Source of the DNA: Raillietiella orientalis
Taxonomy: Eukaryota
Reading direction: 5' to 3'
Length of the DNA: 64,000 nucleotides
Assembly: GCA_036172245.1 (NCBI GenBank)
Contig: JAYWIR010000002.1
Coordinates: forward strand, 5,518,001 to 5,582,000
The notes under the pieces were generated by a model. The model was given only the letters and a program-made list of their open reading frames with translations. It did no database searches and was not told the DNA's origin. Both the position numbers and the translations under genes were made by a program. Positions 53,468 through 64,000 of the stretch are shown here, in pieces. Position 1 is the stretch's first letter. Each line of letters opens with the position of its first letter.

Positions 53468-55057
53468 TGGGCATCAACGCTAGCTTCTGTAAAGAGAGAG
53501 AGAGAGAGAGAAAAACGTTACTTTTAGAATGAAACCGAGTCGAAACAAAGCAGTGGGCCATTCTGTCACGAGTGCCAACTAAATTAAAAAAAGCCAACAG
53601 CAGGTTGGCAATCGCAACTTTTAATTAAGAGATCAGGCGAGAGTTTGGACCTGCTTTGCTTCCAGATGGGTCTTCAGCACGTGTTGCTGGTCACTTTACG
53701 ATGACGAAACAATGGGTGCGTTCCGTTTCCACAGGCAGGAAAGAATACGGCATGTGAACATGCGGGGTAGCAGCACGCAGTACCACAGCAGCCGAACCAG
53801 GAACTTGATCGCAGTTTGCAAGTTCTGGCATGTTAATGTACGGGTTCGCTGTCGACAAGGAAGCTGGGATCCTTCGGAGTGTCCGAATCTCGGCAAAGGA
53901 GAGAACCCGTTCTCGTGGGTGCTGCTCGTGTTCCGAAACGGAAGAACAACACGTGCGAATACAAAGTGAAAGCGGGAAAAAAGAGCACTTGTCGAGTTCC
54001 TCCTCCTCAGTCACACACACGATCGATTCTCCGACCTACTGATCTATATTACGTGCACGTGAATTACCCAATACTTGGCAATTTGGAGACGAAAGGACAA
54101 AAAAGGTCATCGCGATCGCTGCAGTCACCTGCGATGCTGGAGTCTCAGGGAGTGGGGAGCCGCCGCTTCGGAATGGCACAGCGAGCGTGGGTGAAAAAAG
54201 TTTTTCCTTCTATCAGCGTCAACCCTGGCAGAGAATTTGGGTCGACAAACAGGGATGTGTTTGCAGTTTTCCAGCATCTTAAAGGCCTTATGGGGGATCG
54301 GATTTTTCCTTTTTTTCTGCCCCCCCCCCCTCCCCCCGAAGACAGAGAGATTCGGATGTTCCGGCAAAATACAAATCACTATGGAACACGGAAAAATTGA
54401 ACGAAAATAAGAAAAGTCGCTGCCGAGACGGACAATTTTTTTTCTTTTTTTTTTTTTTTCACAGAGCATTTCTTTGTTGAATTTTTCAAGTTACGTTTTC
54501 ACAGGCCAACAAGGCCATCACAAAATAAATTCTGCATCTTTTGGAACGACTGGCACTAAACACTGCCGGAAACCGCAAACATATGCTTGCGCGAGGTTCG
54601 AACTCCAACGACCGGCGTTTACAGGAGCATGGAAACATTAATCGGTTACACACTGGTCATGGAAAACACCGAAATGGAACTCGGAGAAATTAAAGCGCGG
54701 ACGGAAAATCAACAAAACGTCTTTTCAGCATGCGAATGGTACAAGAACAAGCACGTTATTCCTCTAGTTAAAAGAGCCTTTCGCAGCTTGAAGGAATAAT
54801 GGTGCCATATTCTTCTACGGTTGACATAAAACATAATACATTTCGTTCCTTCAGTTTACATTGCTTTACATTAACGGTGAGTTAGTTTTTTCCCCCCCTT
54901 TTCCCCCCTTCTTCTGAGTGATCTTTGTTTTTGTTTTTCGATTTGCACGCGTACATCTTATTTTTGATTTTCTGTACGAAACGAAACCAGCCCTGGCTGA
55001 CGTCATTTCCATCACGTGGGGATAACATCAACCGCATTTAACGATCAACATGGCTGA

Positions 55058-55081
55058 TTATTATTATTATTATTATTATTT
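55058..55081. repeat. (ATT)n microsatellite
   Basis: Read directly. Confidence 0.9.
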
Positions 55082-56212
55082 TTTACGAGTCCATAACGAG
55101 CTCTTTCGCAAAGGCGAAAACTGCCATGGGAAACAAACAAAGCGGAACCAAACACAACGGAGAGGAAGATCGCAAAAGCGCAGCAGCGCGAAAAGCAAAC
55201 ACAAGCGGACGGGGGGGGGGGGGGGGAGGAAATCGGCACCTCTCGGAACGGTCGCCGTCGGACAAAAATCATCTCACCAGTTGGGCGAATGGGGGGTGCC
55301 TTCCCAGTGCTGCTCCCGGGAGTGCCGGTCGGCGGGCTCCTCGCACAGGCGTGTGCGGCGGCGGCGGGTGACTCCGGTCGACGAGTGGGCGAGCCGCAAT
55401 AGTGGCTGAACGCGGCGGCGACGACGACCCCCACGGGCGACGGGGAACTTTCAGTCACGCCTGGCAACTTGGCGGCCGCGTTGGGCAACGTTGAGGAATT
55501 TCCTCCGCGACCGCAGGCGGGAAGCTGGCCAGCCGCGGTCCGAATCGTGGTCCGCGGCTGACCCCTGCCCCGTTCCTCACGAACGACCGCCTTTTTCCTC
55601 CTCCTTCGTTTCTAGTCCCGTTTCCGAAATGCCAGTCCGACTGTCGGCAGCTCCACCTCGCTCTGTGCTTGTCCCCCCCCCCCCCCCCTCTACCCTTCCC
55701 TTCCCTTTTAGCAACAGATCGGCGAGCAGCTGCGTGTTTTTTCCTGCACGTTTCGTTGACCGATCGACCGATTCCGGTTGGCGCTCGCGATTTTCCTTTC
55801 GTTTTTACATTCTGCCGCGTGGCGCCAGCCAATCCTCGGCCGCGATCGCGATTCGGTCCCCGCCGGACGGCGGTTTCGCTCTTCCTCTGTCGAATTTTCG
55901 TGCGTGTGCAGCCGAAGCGTGGACGTGCTTTTCCCGCTCGAAGGCATGGAGGTGCGCGCGGAGCGGCAGCGCGCACCACCGGCTGCCGGGCGGCCCCGCC
56001 CTGTTGTCGCTGTCGACGAAGACGGGTCGAGGGAGCCCCGGGGGGGGGGGGGCACCTCCCCTTTCCACCCCCTTCGTCAGCTGGCTGCTTTGCTTCAGGG
56101 GAACGACCTATGTATCGCCATTTGGCGCGCCCCCTTGCGCCGGCTTGAGGCTCCCATGACGACCGCGGCCGCTTCGGTGCGCGCAGCCATCGCACTCGTT
56201 CTTCGGCGTTTT

Positions 56213-56240
56213 CACCCGGTCAAGCCGGGGCGTTTATTTA
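56213..56240 (+). repeat. Dispersed hairpin motif, copy 2
   Basis: CACCCGGTCAAGCCGGGGCGTTTATTTA. Confidence 0.55.
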
Positions 56241-56423
56241 AGAACTAACAGTATTTGCGGTCCAAGGCCCCGCTGCGGCCAATAGTTCTCTGGGGATGTC
56301 GGGTGGTCGGTACGTAGACCGACTTGACACTCCACGGCAATGGATGGGGTTGGGGAAAAAACAAAAATAATAAAAAAAAAACAAAAAGTACAAACACTTG
56401 TCAATTGGAGGGCCGGGAAGGGA

Positions 56424-56702
56424 TCACTGCCCGTTGCGTGGAGCTTCCATCCTTTGCAGGATGCCGACGAGGTCCTGGTACAGATTTCCCAGTTGGGGCC
56501 ATCGGGATGCTATCCTCAGAAAGCGAGCAGCAAAATCCATGGCATCCTTCTCGTTAATATCCTCTGCTTCGTCGGATCCACTCCAAGCTGCCACGATACC
56601 GCGAACGCAGCAGAGAGCTGCGATTACAGCGGCTGGCTGCAGGGCGTCCCGCACGAAGAGGAGCCCGAAAAACGTCTCTGGGAAGGCTGCCTTCCAGGAT
56701 CC
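56424..56702 (-). CDS. Orphan candidate terminal exon of an unknown protein
   Basis: CCTTAG acceptor, then 93 codons with protein-like composition (GSWKAAFPETFFGLLFVRDAL...DFAARFLRIASRWPQLGNLYQDLVGILQRME...*), unlike the surrounding R/G/P-rich shadow ORFs. Confidence 0.3.
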   Translation of the reverse strand, partial: GSWKAAFPETFFGLLFVRDALQPAAVIAALCCVRGIVAAWSGSDEAEDINEKDAMDFAARFLRIASRWPQLGNLYQDLVGILQRMEAPRNGQ

Positions 56703-59700
56703 CTAAGGTGGATCCGTTCTTCGGCGGGTGATCGAGAGGATTCCGCTATTCCGGAGTCCGGAAGACCACGGCTTCCCGTTTCCCTCTCGATGGCGCCATC
56801 GTCAGGATGCCGGGGCACGCCAAGGCGGAGCGGGAAGAGCTACAGGGTGTCACGGGCGGTCGGCCTTCCCGGCCGGCCCGGGAAGACAAAGGGCAACTCT
56901 CGGTCGAGGACGCGGAACTCGGTCCTCTGCCGGCGGCGGCGGCCACCCTGAGGTTCGCATCCTGCGCCTGTGCATCCGAGGCGCCAGCTGGAGCGCCCGC
57001 GATCCGGGAAGGACGAAAGCGCGAGACAGGGAGAAAGGGGGAGGGGGGATAATGCCCCGAGAGGATCCTCCCCTGCGACGACCCCGAAGAGTCAGGCAGG
57101 ACGTCGCACCTGGCCGAGGCCGCAGAGCGAAAGGGCGCGATGACCTCTTCCGTGAGCATGCGGTGCCGCCTGAGAAGGGAAGGGCGGTTTCGGGGCCCGC
57201 AGGAAGGGCATATCCCGGAAGCTGCCCGGCACCCTCTTCTTTCTCCCGCTCTCCCCGCTCGGACGGGCAGCCAGGAATTTCACGGGACCCACGGCATTTC
57301 GCCTGAGGCGAGCACGGCCTGCCCTCATGCGACGCAGCGCTGCGCAAGCCCGCGGAACATTTGTGATCACACGGGTCTTCGCGTCCTGGGAAGAAAGACG
57401 TTCCTGCTCGAGACCCTCAGCGCGGGCAGTTGCGGGACGGGGGATACCGGGGTGAGACGGCAGCCACGTTTCGGCCATCCGTTCATAGATGGAGCGCAGA
57501 GGCGTCCATGAGCTCCCTCGTCACCTGCGGGAGGGGCGGATTACAGGTGGCCTCTCCCCTCCCCCTTCCTCCTGGTCGCACTCGCTGACCTTCCCCTGCT
57601 CCTGTCTTCCCGGTCACTTCCGCGAGCTCGGCAGCGCCCTCCGGTGTTCCCGTCTCGGCTCGCGGCACCCCCGAGGCAGCGCCCAGGGGTTCTCGAGTGT
57701 CATCAGCGGCACCCCGATGGGCCAGGCACGCACCCCACGACGGGAGATGCCCGAGGATGGGGTCTCCGTGCTTCCGCAGGGGGCAGAGCAGTCGAGTATT
57801 AGCCAATGCCGGTGCCCCTCGCCGCTGCCTCGCGACCGCCCTCCGTGGAAGCGGCTGCTGCTCGGCAACGAAGGGCGGCGCCCTCTCGCGCGCAAGGAGG
57901 GGCAGTGAGGATGCCACTTCCTGCCCGGCTCTTCCGCGGCGCGGCTCCAATTTCGGCGGGAGCCCCCGCTCCTACTTCTTCTCTTGCGGGTTGACCGGGC
58001 AACCGGATGGGCGCGGTGCAGTGGCGGCGTAAGATTAGGAGGACCCCCGCTCGGGTCCCCCGACCGATCTTCGGTTCGTCCCACATGGCGGCGTGGCTCT
58101 GATGCCTCCGGATAAAAAGAGGGGAGCTCTCCGCGTGCCCTTCGGCCCCCGGACAGCGGAGTGGCTACTCGACTGGGGCTTCTGAGGAGGCCCACACTCT
58201 TCCGGGGGGGTCTTCACCAGGAGGGCATTTTCTGAGAGTCGGCCGGTAGGGTCGGTCTCCTAGCGACCCGGGGATCGTAGCTCGGTTGCCGCCGGGACTT
58301 CGGTGCGAGAACGGGGAGAGGAATGTGGTCGGCGCGGTGGCCCCCGAAATTCCGCGGGCGCGCGCGGGAAGGGAAGATCGGGAGCCTTCTGCGCCACAGT
58401 CGAGCGGTGGGCGACACCGGGAGGGCCGGACGGAACGCGCGGTTGGCGGACCGCCTTGCGCGACCCAATTCCCGCCGGCGACGGCTGTTAGCGCGTGCGA
58501 GTAAGCAGGAGCAGCCATCGCCTGGGTGCCCTTCCCGCTGCCGCTTGCCTCACCGTCGTGCGCACGCGCGAGCGCGCGCACGCCGCATTCGCTCCCTCCG
58601 CGTGGCGGCGGCGGCAGCGCTCCGAAGGACCCGGCGGCCGACGCCGTCTCTCGCGTGGACGTCGCCTGGCTACGGCAGCCGCTTCGCCCGCGCCGCCGCC
58701 CGGCAGGGGGCCACTCGAGTCGGCAACAATACGGCAGCCCGCGGTTTCCCGTCGCAACCGGGCGGGCGGGTGGGCGGATGACGCTCTGACGGATCCGCAG
58801 GCAGACAGCTCGAGCGCGGCGCAGTGGTCTCCAGACCTGCACTCGGTTGCCCGGGGCATTCTCGTTCTCGGGGCCCGGAGGAGCGGCGACGAATGTCGTA
58901 TTTGTTATTATTATGATTATTATGCATTATTATTTATTCGTTGCACGGCTCCTCTTGCTCGGCGGTTTCCACGGAGATTAATGGCAGTTTCCGATCTCTC
59001 CTTTTAACGAAGACGGGGATGCACTGCGATCGCGCGTTTACCTTGCCAGAAGGGATGGGGGAGGTGAGGGGGTTCGATTCTCCGAATCCAGGCTCGGACT
59101 TTTTGATTCGGAGAGGAAACAAAAGAAAGAAAAAAAAATCGCACGCGTCCGCGCGCGCGGGGGTTTCTCGCACCGCACGCAGCGCCAGCAGAGATTTTTT
59201 TTTTTTTTTTTTCCGGGATCCTCAATGCGAGGTGGAGCCGATCCCACTCTGCCAGACCCCGCGAAAGCATCAGGAATTTCGGGCGAACTGCTTTCCCCTG
59301 TCGAGAGACGTCGTTTCGATCATTTCTTCTCCTTCTTCTTAGGGCGGGGACGCAATTCCAACCCGCTGCACATCCGTGTTTATTTTGATGGAATTTGTTT
59401 TCATTGAAGTGATCGCAGTGTCTGTGAACGAATGCGAGATTACGTTTTTTTTCTCCCCGAGCGCCATCAGTCGATTCACATCGATCCCATCTGTAACAAT
59501 TATCAATGGCAGGCACAGAAAGCAGCTTCTCTTTCAGCACGATCCGATCGGCCGATGAAATATTGAAAAGAAAAGAACGAAATCAGAATCCTCTTGGAAT
59601 TTCTTCCTCAGCCGACGGCATTTTGCTTTAAGTCGGAAGTGGATGATGGCAGATGGCTGGCCACCGCTTCCAATTCATCTTCACTCCGCAGCTTGAATTT

Positions 59701-61111
59701 CGGTTCATCTTGCTGCGCCATTTCAAATGGTAAGCCCTTATTTTTGATTACCCTGAATTTCTAATGGACGAGACGTTTTTCAGCTGCCGAAACGCGCAGC
59801 CGGGACGCGGAAAAGCATCTCGCAGCTAGCCGGAATTCCACGGTTGGATTCCAATTCACCAATAAATCCTCGGAGGAGAGCGTATTTTTCAATTCCTCTC
59901 GTCACCGTGACATAAAGTAACTCCCCATGGCAACCGGGCGCTCGCCCGCGTTCCACAGTGGCGCTGCGTCAGGGGCGAGTGCAGGAAGGGACAGACGTTC
60001 CTCGGGAAATCTTGCACAAACAACCGGATCCATTTGTGTTGTTCCAGGATGTTCCGGAGTCTTGCTGGCTGCCGTGACGGATCTGCAATAAGCGGGTTCT
60101 CCCGTGCCGGGGCTCCGATCGAAACGTTGGCTGACGAAGGGCGGGCGCGAGCGAGTACCGCCCGGGCGAGACCGACCGCGCGGACGACAATGCTCGCTTC
60201 AACAATGGGAGGCGCGGGACTCGCGCGTCGGTGCCGCTCGGGAGGGAGGGGCGACGAGGGCAGAGGAGGGGAGCGGTCGGAAGCACCGCCCCGATCGGCG
60301 GCAGCCGCATTGTTGACATCCTCGGCTCGCCGGTCCGGCGGACCGAGGGTGCCGCGCGCGAGGTGCTCGCCCGAGCGCGCTCGCGGAGCGGATCCCGTCG
60401 CGAGGCCGCTCGCGCCAGCCGGAGCCCGGGGTAGGGGGGGGGGGCAAGTAGGCCCCGGCTGCAGCGCCTCTCCGGCGTCCACACCGCCGCCGCTCGCCCC
60501 CTACCCGCCCTCCCGCTGCCGTGTTCCACGCCACCCTCCCATTCGACGTTTCCGTAAAGGTGCCGGGGCGCCGACGGGCGCTTCAACGGAGGCTGTAAGC
60601 CTGCGGGCTGCAAGAAAAACTGCCTCTTCCTTCCACCCCTCCCCGGCCCCAGCCCCGCCTTGCCGCGGGAGCAGCGGATCAGCGCCTTTTCTGCTCCCGG
60701 AGCCGGCCGCTCTCTCCCCACTCGGGATTCCGGGAGCGCGTTCAGGAGCGTGGAGAGACGCCGCCGCACCCTCGAGTGAGCATGCCCGTGGAGGGAGCAG
60801 GCGCCCACGAGGGACGTCCTGACCTGTCTCCTGGCAGCTCCGACCCGAGGAGCGGAGCAGTGTACATCGCCAGCGGAAAGCAGACATCCAGGTCTTCGGG
60901 ATCGCGTCCCGACTAAAGGAACGGTCGGCTGCTGCCCCCTTCCCCCCCCCCCCCCCACTCCCAGACCCTGGTGCCCTCCCTACGTTTCACCTTTTGTTTG
61001 TTTTTTTGTTCCTTTATTCCTACCCCCGCGCGTTGGATGGACCTCGCCGGTTTTTGCACCGGCAGCTAGCTTGCTGAACCCAAGGGCTCACCACAGGAAA
61101 GTAGAATGGAC

Positions 61112-61157
61112 TTTTATTTGATACAAATAAATGCCCCGGCATATCCGGGTGATAAAC
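61112..61157 (-). repeat. Dispersed hairpin motif, copy 3
   Basis: Reverse complement reads GTTTATCACCCGGATATGCCGGGGCATTTATTTGTATCAAATAAAA. Confidence 0.6.
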
Positions 61158-64000
61158 TGCCCCCTTCCGGTCCTTTCCACCTAGCTGCTGGGTGCTCGCG
61201 ACGAGGGCAGTGGGAGGGTCTGAGGACAGCGCCTTGGGGCTGCGGCGGCCCAGATGGAGCGGGCGCCCTCTCGGAACGGAGCAGGCGCGGACCCCGACTG
61301 GGCCCGGGGAGGGGGGAGGGGAAGCAGCGAGAACTCAGGTCGCTGCGACCTCAGCGTTGCCACTTCCGGGGAACGGAAGCCCCTCGAGGCCATTTGGGAG
61401 CCGTCAGAGGAGTGAAACGGTGAGTCCTCCGCACGGTCGCCCACGGGGCCGTGTTACGGCTGGCCGGCCCTCGCGCTGCGAGAAAGGCACCCCTGGAGTC
61501 CGCAGCGGGGGGTCGGGGCGACCAAATCAGGGCAAGCCAAGGGGAATGGGACCGACTCGGATCCCCCCATCGTACCTGAGCCTCTCCCAGGTTGAGGAGC
61601 TGTTGCCCGCACTGGTACCGAGGAACAACGGCAGCATCCAACTGGTCCCTCCTGTGGCGACCGTCCAGACTCGAACCGGGCATCCGTGCCGCAGGGGGCA
61701 CTCCTGGCTGCTCTCTGCTTCTTCCGCCGCAGGGGTGCCACTCGCCACACTGCGGGGGGGAAGAGAGGGGGGGGGGAGACTCCAGCGTCCCTTTTCTCGC
61801 GCTCTTTCCTTCGTGCGGTGCGGCGGGATCGCCTTAGCAACGCTCCACAGAGGAGAAATGAGAGGGGAAGGGGCAGAGAGGTAGAGATCCCCTTCTCCCT
61901 CGTGCCATTCCTCCTTTCCCCAGGAATAGACTGGCACCGAGAAAGAGTCGTGGGCGAGGGAGAGGGGAGAGGTATGAGCTAAGTCTCCGTCGCACGCTTT
62001 CGTCGTCTCCCGCCTTCCGGAAACCGACGCAGCTTCCACGTTCGTGGATCTTCGCTCGGAGAACGCGGGCGGCTCTCATCCGCGAGCTGAGGACGCAGAG
62101 ATGAAGGTGGCGAGCGTTCCTATCCCCTCCCCCCGTCTGCTCCCTCGCCCTCGCATCCTTTGAACGGCGGTCGGCATCCCCTCCGACGTCCTTTGATCGC
62201 GGAGACCCTTGTCGGCGCCGCTTCCAGGCGCAGCGGTCTCTCTCGAGGCTCCTTTCTCCAGAGGGCGGCTAGGAGCGCTTGGCGGGAACGGGTTGGTGCA
62301 CCCCCCTCCCATGCCAGCCTTTGAACCGCGAGGGAGATCCGCGCTGAGGGGAGAATCTGTCGCTCAAGCGGCGTGCGAAGCCCCTCTTAGCAGACGGACG
62401 AGGGCCAGAAAAGAGTGGACACTGGGCCGGCCCTCTTTGCCGGCTCCCTCCGAGGAGACGGGGGGACGTCCTTCAGCAAATCCGTCCGGGCGAGGGAGTT
62501 CCCCGTCCGTTTCCCTGCCTCGCGACAGGGGGTCTTCGGGAAGGCATGCTGGTCCTCGAGCTCTGTGCATCCTTCCAGATTCCCCGGGAAGGACCCTGGT
62601 ACGGATGCAGCGGCGGATTCATTCACGGGAGGGGGAGGGAGAACACTGGCATCCCTTCCCCTTTCTCAAACGGGGCGCCTCCCGTTGGTTCCTGGAAACT
62701 GGAAGAAGAGGTCGAGAGCTCTTGTCGGCTCCTTCCTTGTCTTCGTATCAGGACGATTCCCCCACCCACTCCGCGAAATCCTGGGAAGGAAGGGGAGGTT
62801 GCGCTTTCGCCGCAAAAGCACCGGAGGACGTTACGTGGCGAAGTGCAGGCACGGAGATCCTCTACCCCCCCTCGAGAGCCGCGGGCGCTTGTCGACGGCA
62901 GCTCGAAGAGTCGCGAATGATGGCGTGGCAGGGGGACAGTCAAAGAGGAGACGTCTTTCTCCCGATGGAGCCCCAGGCAGGTTCCTCCACGGGAAGCCGA
63001 AGGGGCTTTGAACGGGGAGGGGAAAGACCTTCCTAGCGGAGCGCCCAGGGAACTGTCGCCCAGTTCCCTGGGCGCTGGCGCAGTATGCTGGGAATCGCTT
63101 GGCGGAAGCATCTGCCGTCGGCACGGCAAGAAACGCCATTCAGTGAGAACGTTGGTAACAATGCTTGCGGTTGCAGCGGCGGCGACGGAAACGGAGTCTC
63201 CCGGGGAAATGCACGGAGCGGCCACTCCGGCAACGATGCTTGCGGTTGCCGCAGAGACCAATCCTGGTGACGCGTCCCCGGTGAGCGCATGTTCTTCGCA
63301 GCGAGACGATCGTCTGCTCCTCGTCGCCGCTCCCCTTCATGGAAAAACAGGAAGGAGGGGGGGGCAATCGCTGGCGGTGAGGAGAAAGTGGAAGCGCTCT
63401 GAACCCGGAACCCCCTGGTCCCAGCGCTACCCTCGTCCCTGCTCCCTCCTGCTTCCTTTCATTCCTCTTTCGAAGCGCCCCTTTGCCTGGCGGGCTGGAG
63501 GGTCTGCAGGGGAGACGGACCCCTCGCCTTTGCCTGATGCTCGCGGCAGGGCACTGGGGAGGCTGGAAAAGGGGAAGGAAGGACCTTGCGCCTCCTCCTC
63601 CTCTCCCTCAGGGTGGAAGGTGAGGGGAATGGGGAGTCCCGGTCGGTGTTTGTTCCTTAGGCAGTTGCGTCTCTATGAGACTGCCCCTCAGGGCAGAGAC
63701 CCGCCGCTCCTCCTCCCTGGGGGGAGGGGCAGGAAACACGTCGAGAAGTCACGGACAGGGGAGATTGGGCTCCGGCTGGCGGCGCTTCCCTTTCTGCGTA
63801 GGCCGCCCTCTCCCCCGCGGAACCACCAAGAGGGCAGAGGACCACCCGTGGAGGGAGAACGGCCGCGCCTGTCCCCCTCCCCCTCGCGCATAACCCTGGG
63901 CGAACGGGACTTCCCGCGCCGGACCTGTGGGTCTGAGGGACGCTTCTCCTGAGGCACTGCTGGGAGATCCCGGCCGGCGGCCGAAAGGCACGCTGATCCC

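Noticed and set aside
54060..54090. AATTACCCAA resembling the SL1 leader, plus a nearby AATTTGG
   Set aside because: Only 10 nt match, with no AG|GT donor and no SL RNA stem-loops.
55455..63952. Many 200-330 aa ORFs in the right flank
   Set aside because: Explained by high GC and low stop frequency; they run through G/C homopolymers and show no motifs.

Overview
Eukaryotic (animal) genomic DNA, not prokaryotic. Most introns are very short (39-51 nt, GT-AG) and several start codons have upstream TTTTCAG-like acceptors, consistent with a nematode, possibly a clade I whipworm such as Trichuris (inference only). An AT-rich central block (~32.6-54 kb) holds four spliced housekeeping genes in two tail-to-tail pairs: KAT8/MOF (+) with IPMK (-), whose stop codons are 3 bp apart, and MRPL57/MRP63 (+) with AIFM3-like (-), 31 bp apart with reciprocal AATAAA signals inside the partner gene. 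Also present: a decayed 3' fragment of a NeSL/Utopia-type RLE non-LTR retrotransposon (~33.8-34.4 kb), a 36-nt 5' fragment of U2 snRNA at 8534, a perfect 27-bp hairpin, a 295-bp element with 25-bp inverted ends, and a three-copy dispersed hairpin motif. AT-rich decayed coding-like tracts (41.5-45.7 kb, 32.7-33.4 kb) weakly resemble a bunyavirus-type L protein (candidate endogenous viral element, unverified). The GC-rich flanks (1-28 kb, 55-64 kb) contain no recognisable gene, only a few orphan candidate exons; most ORF-track entries there look spurious.
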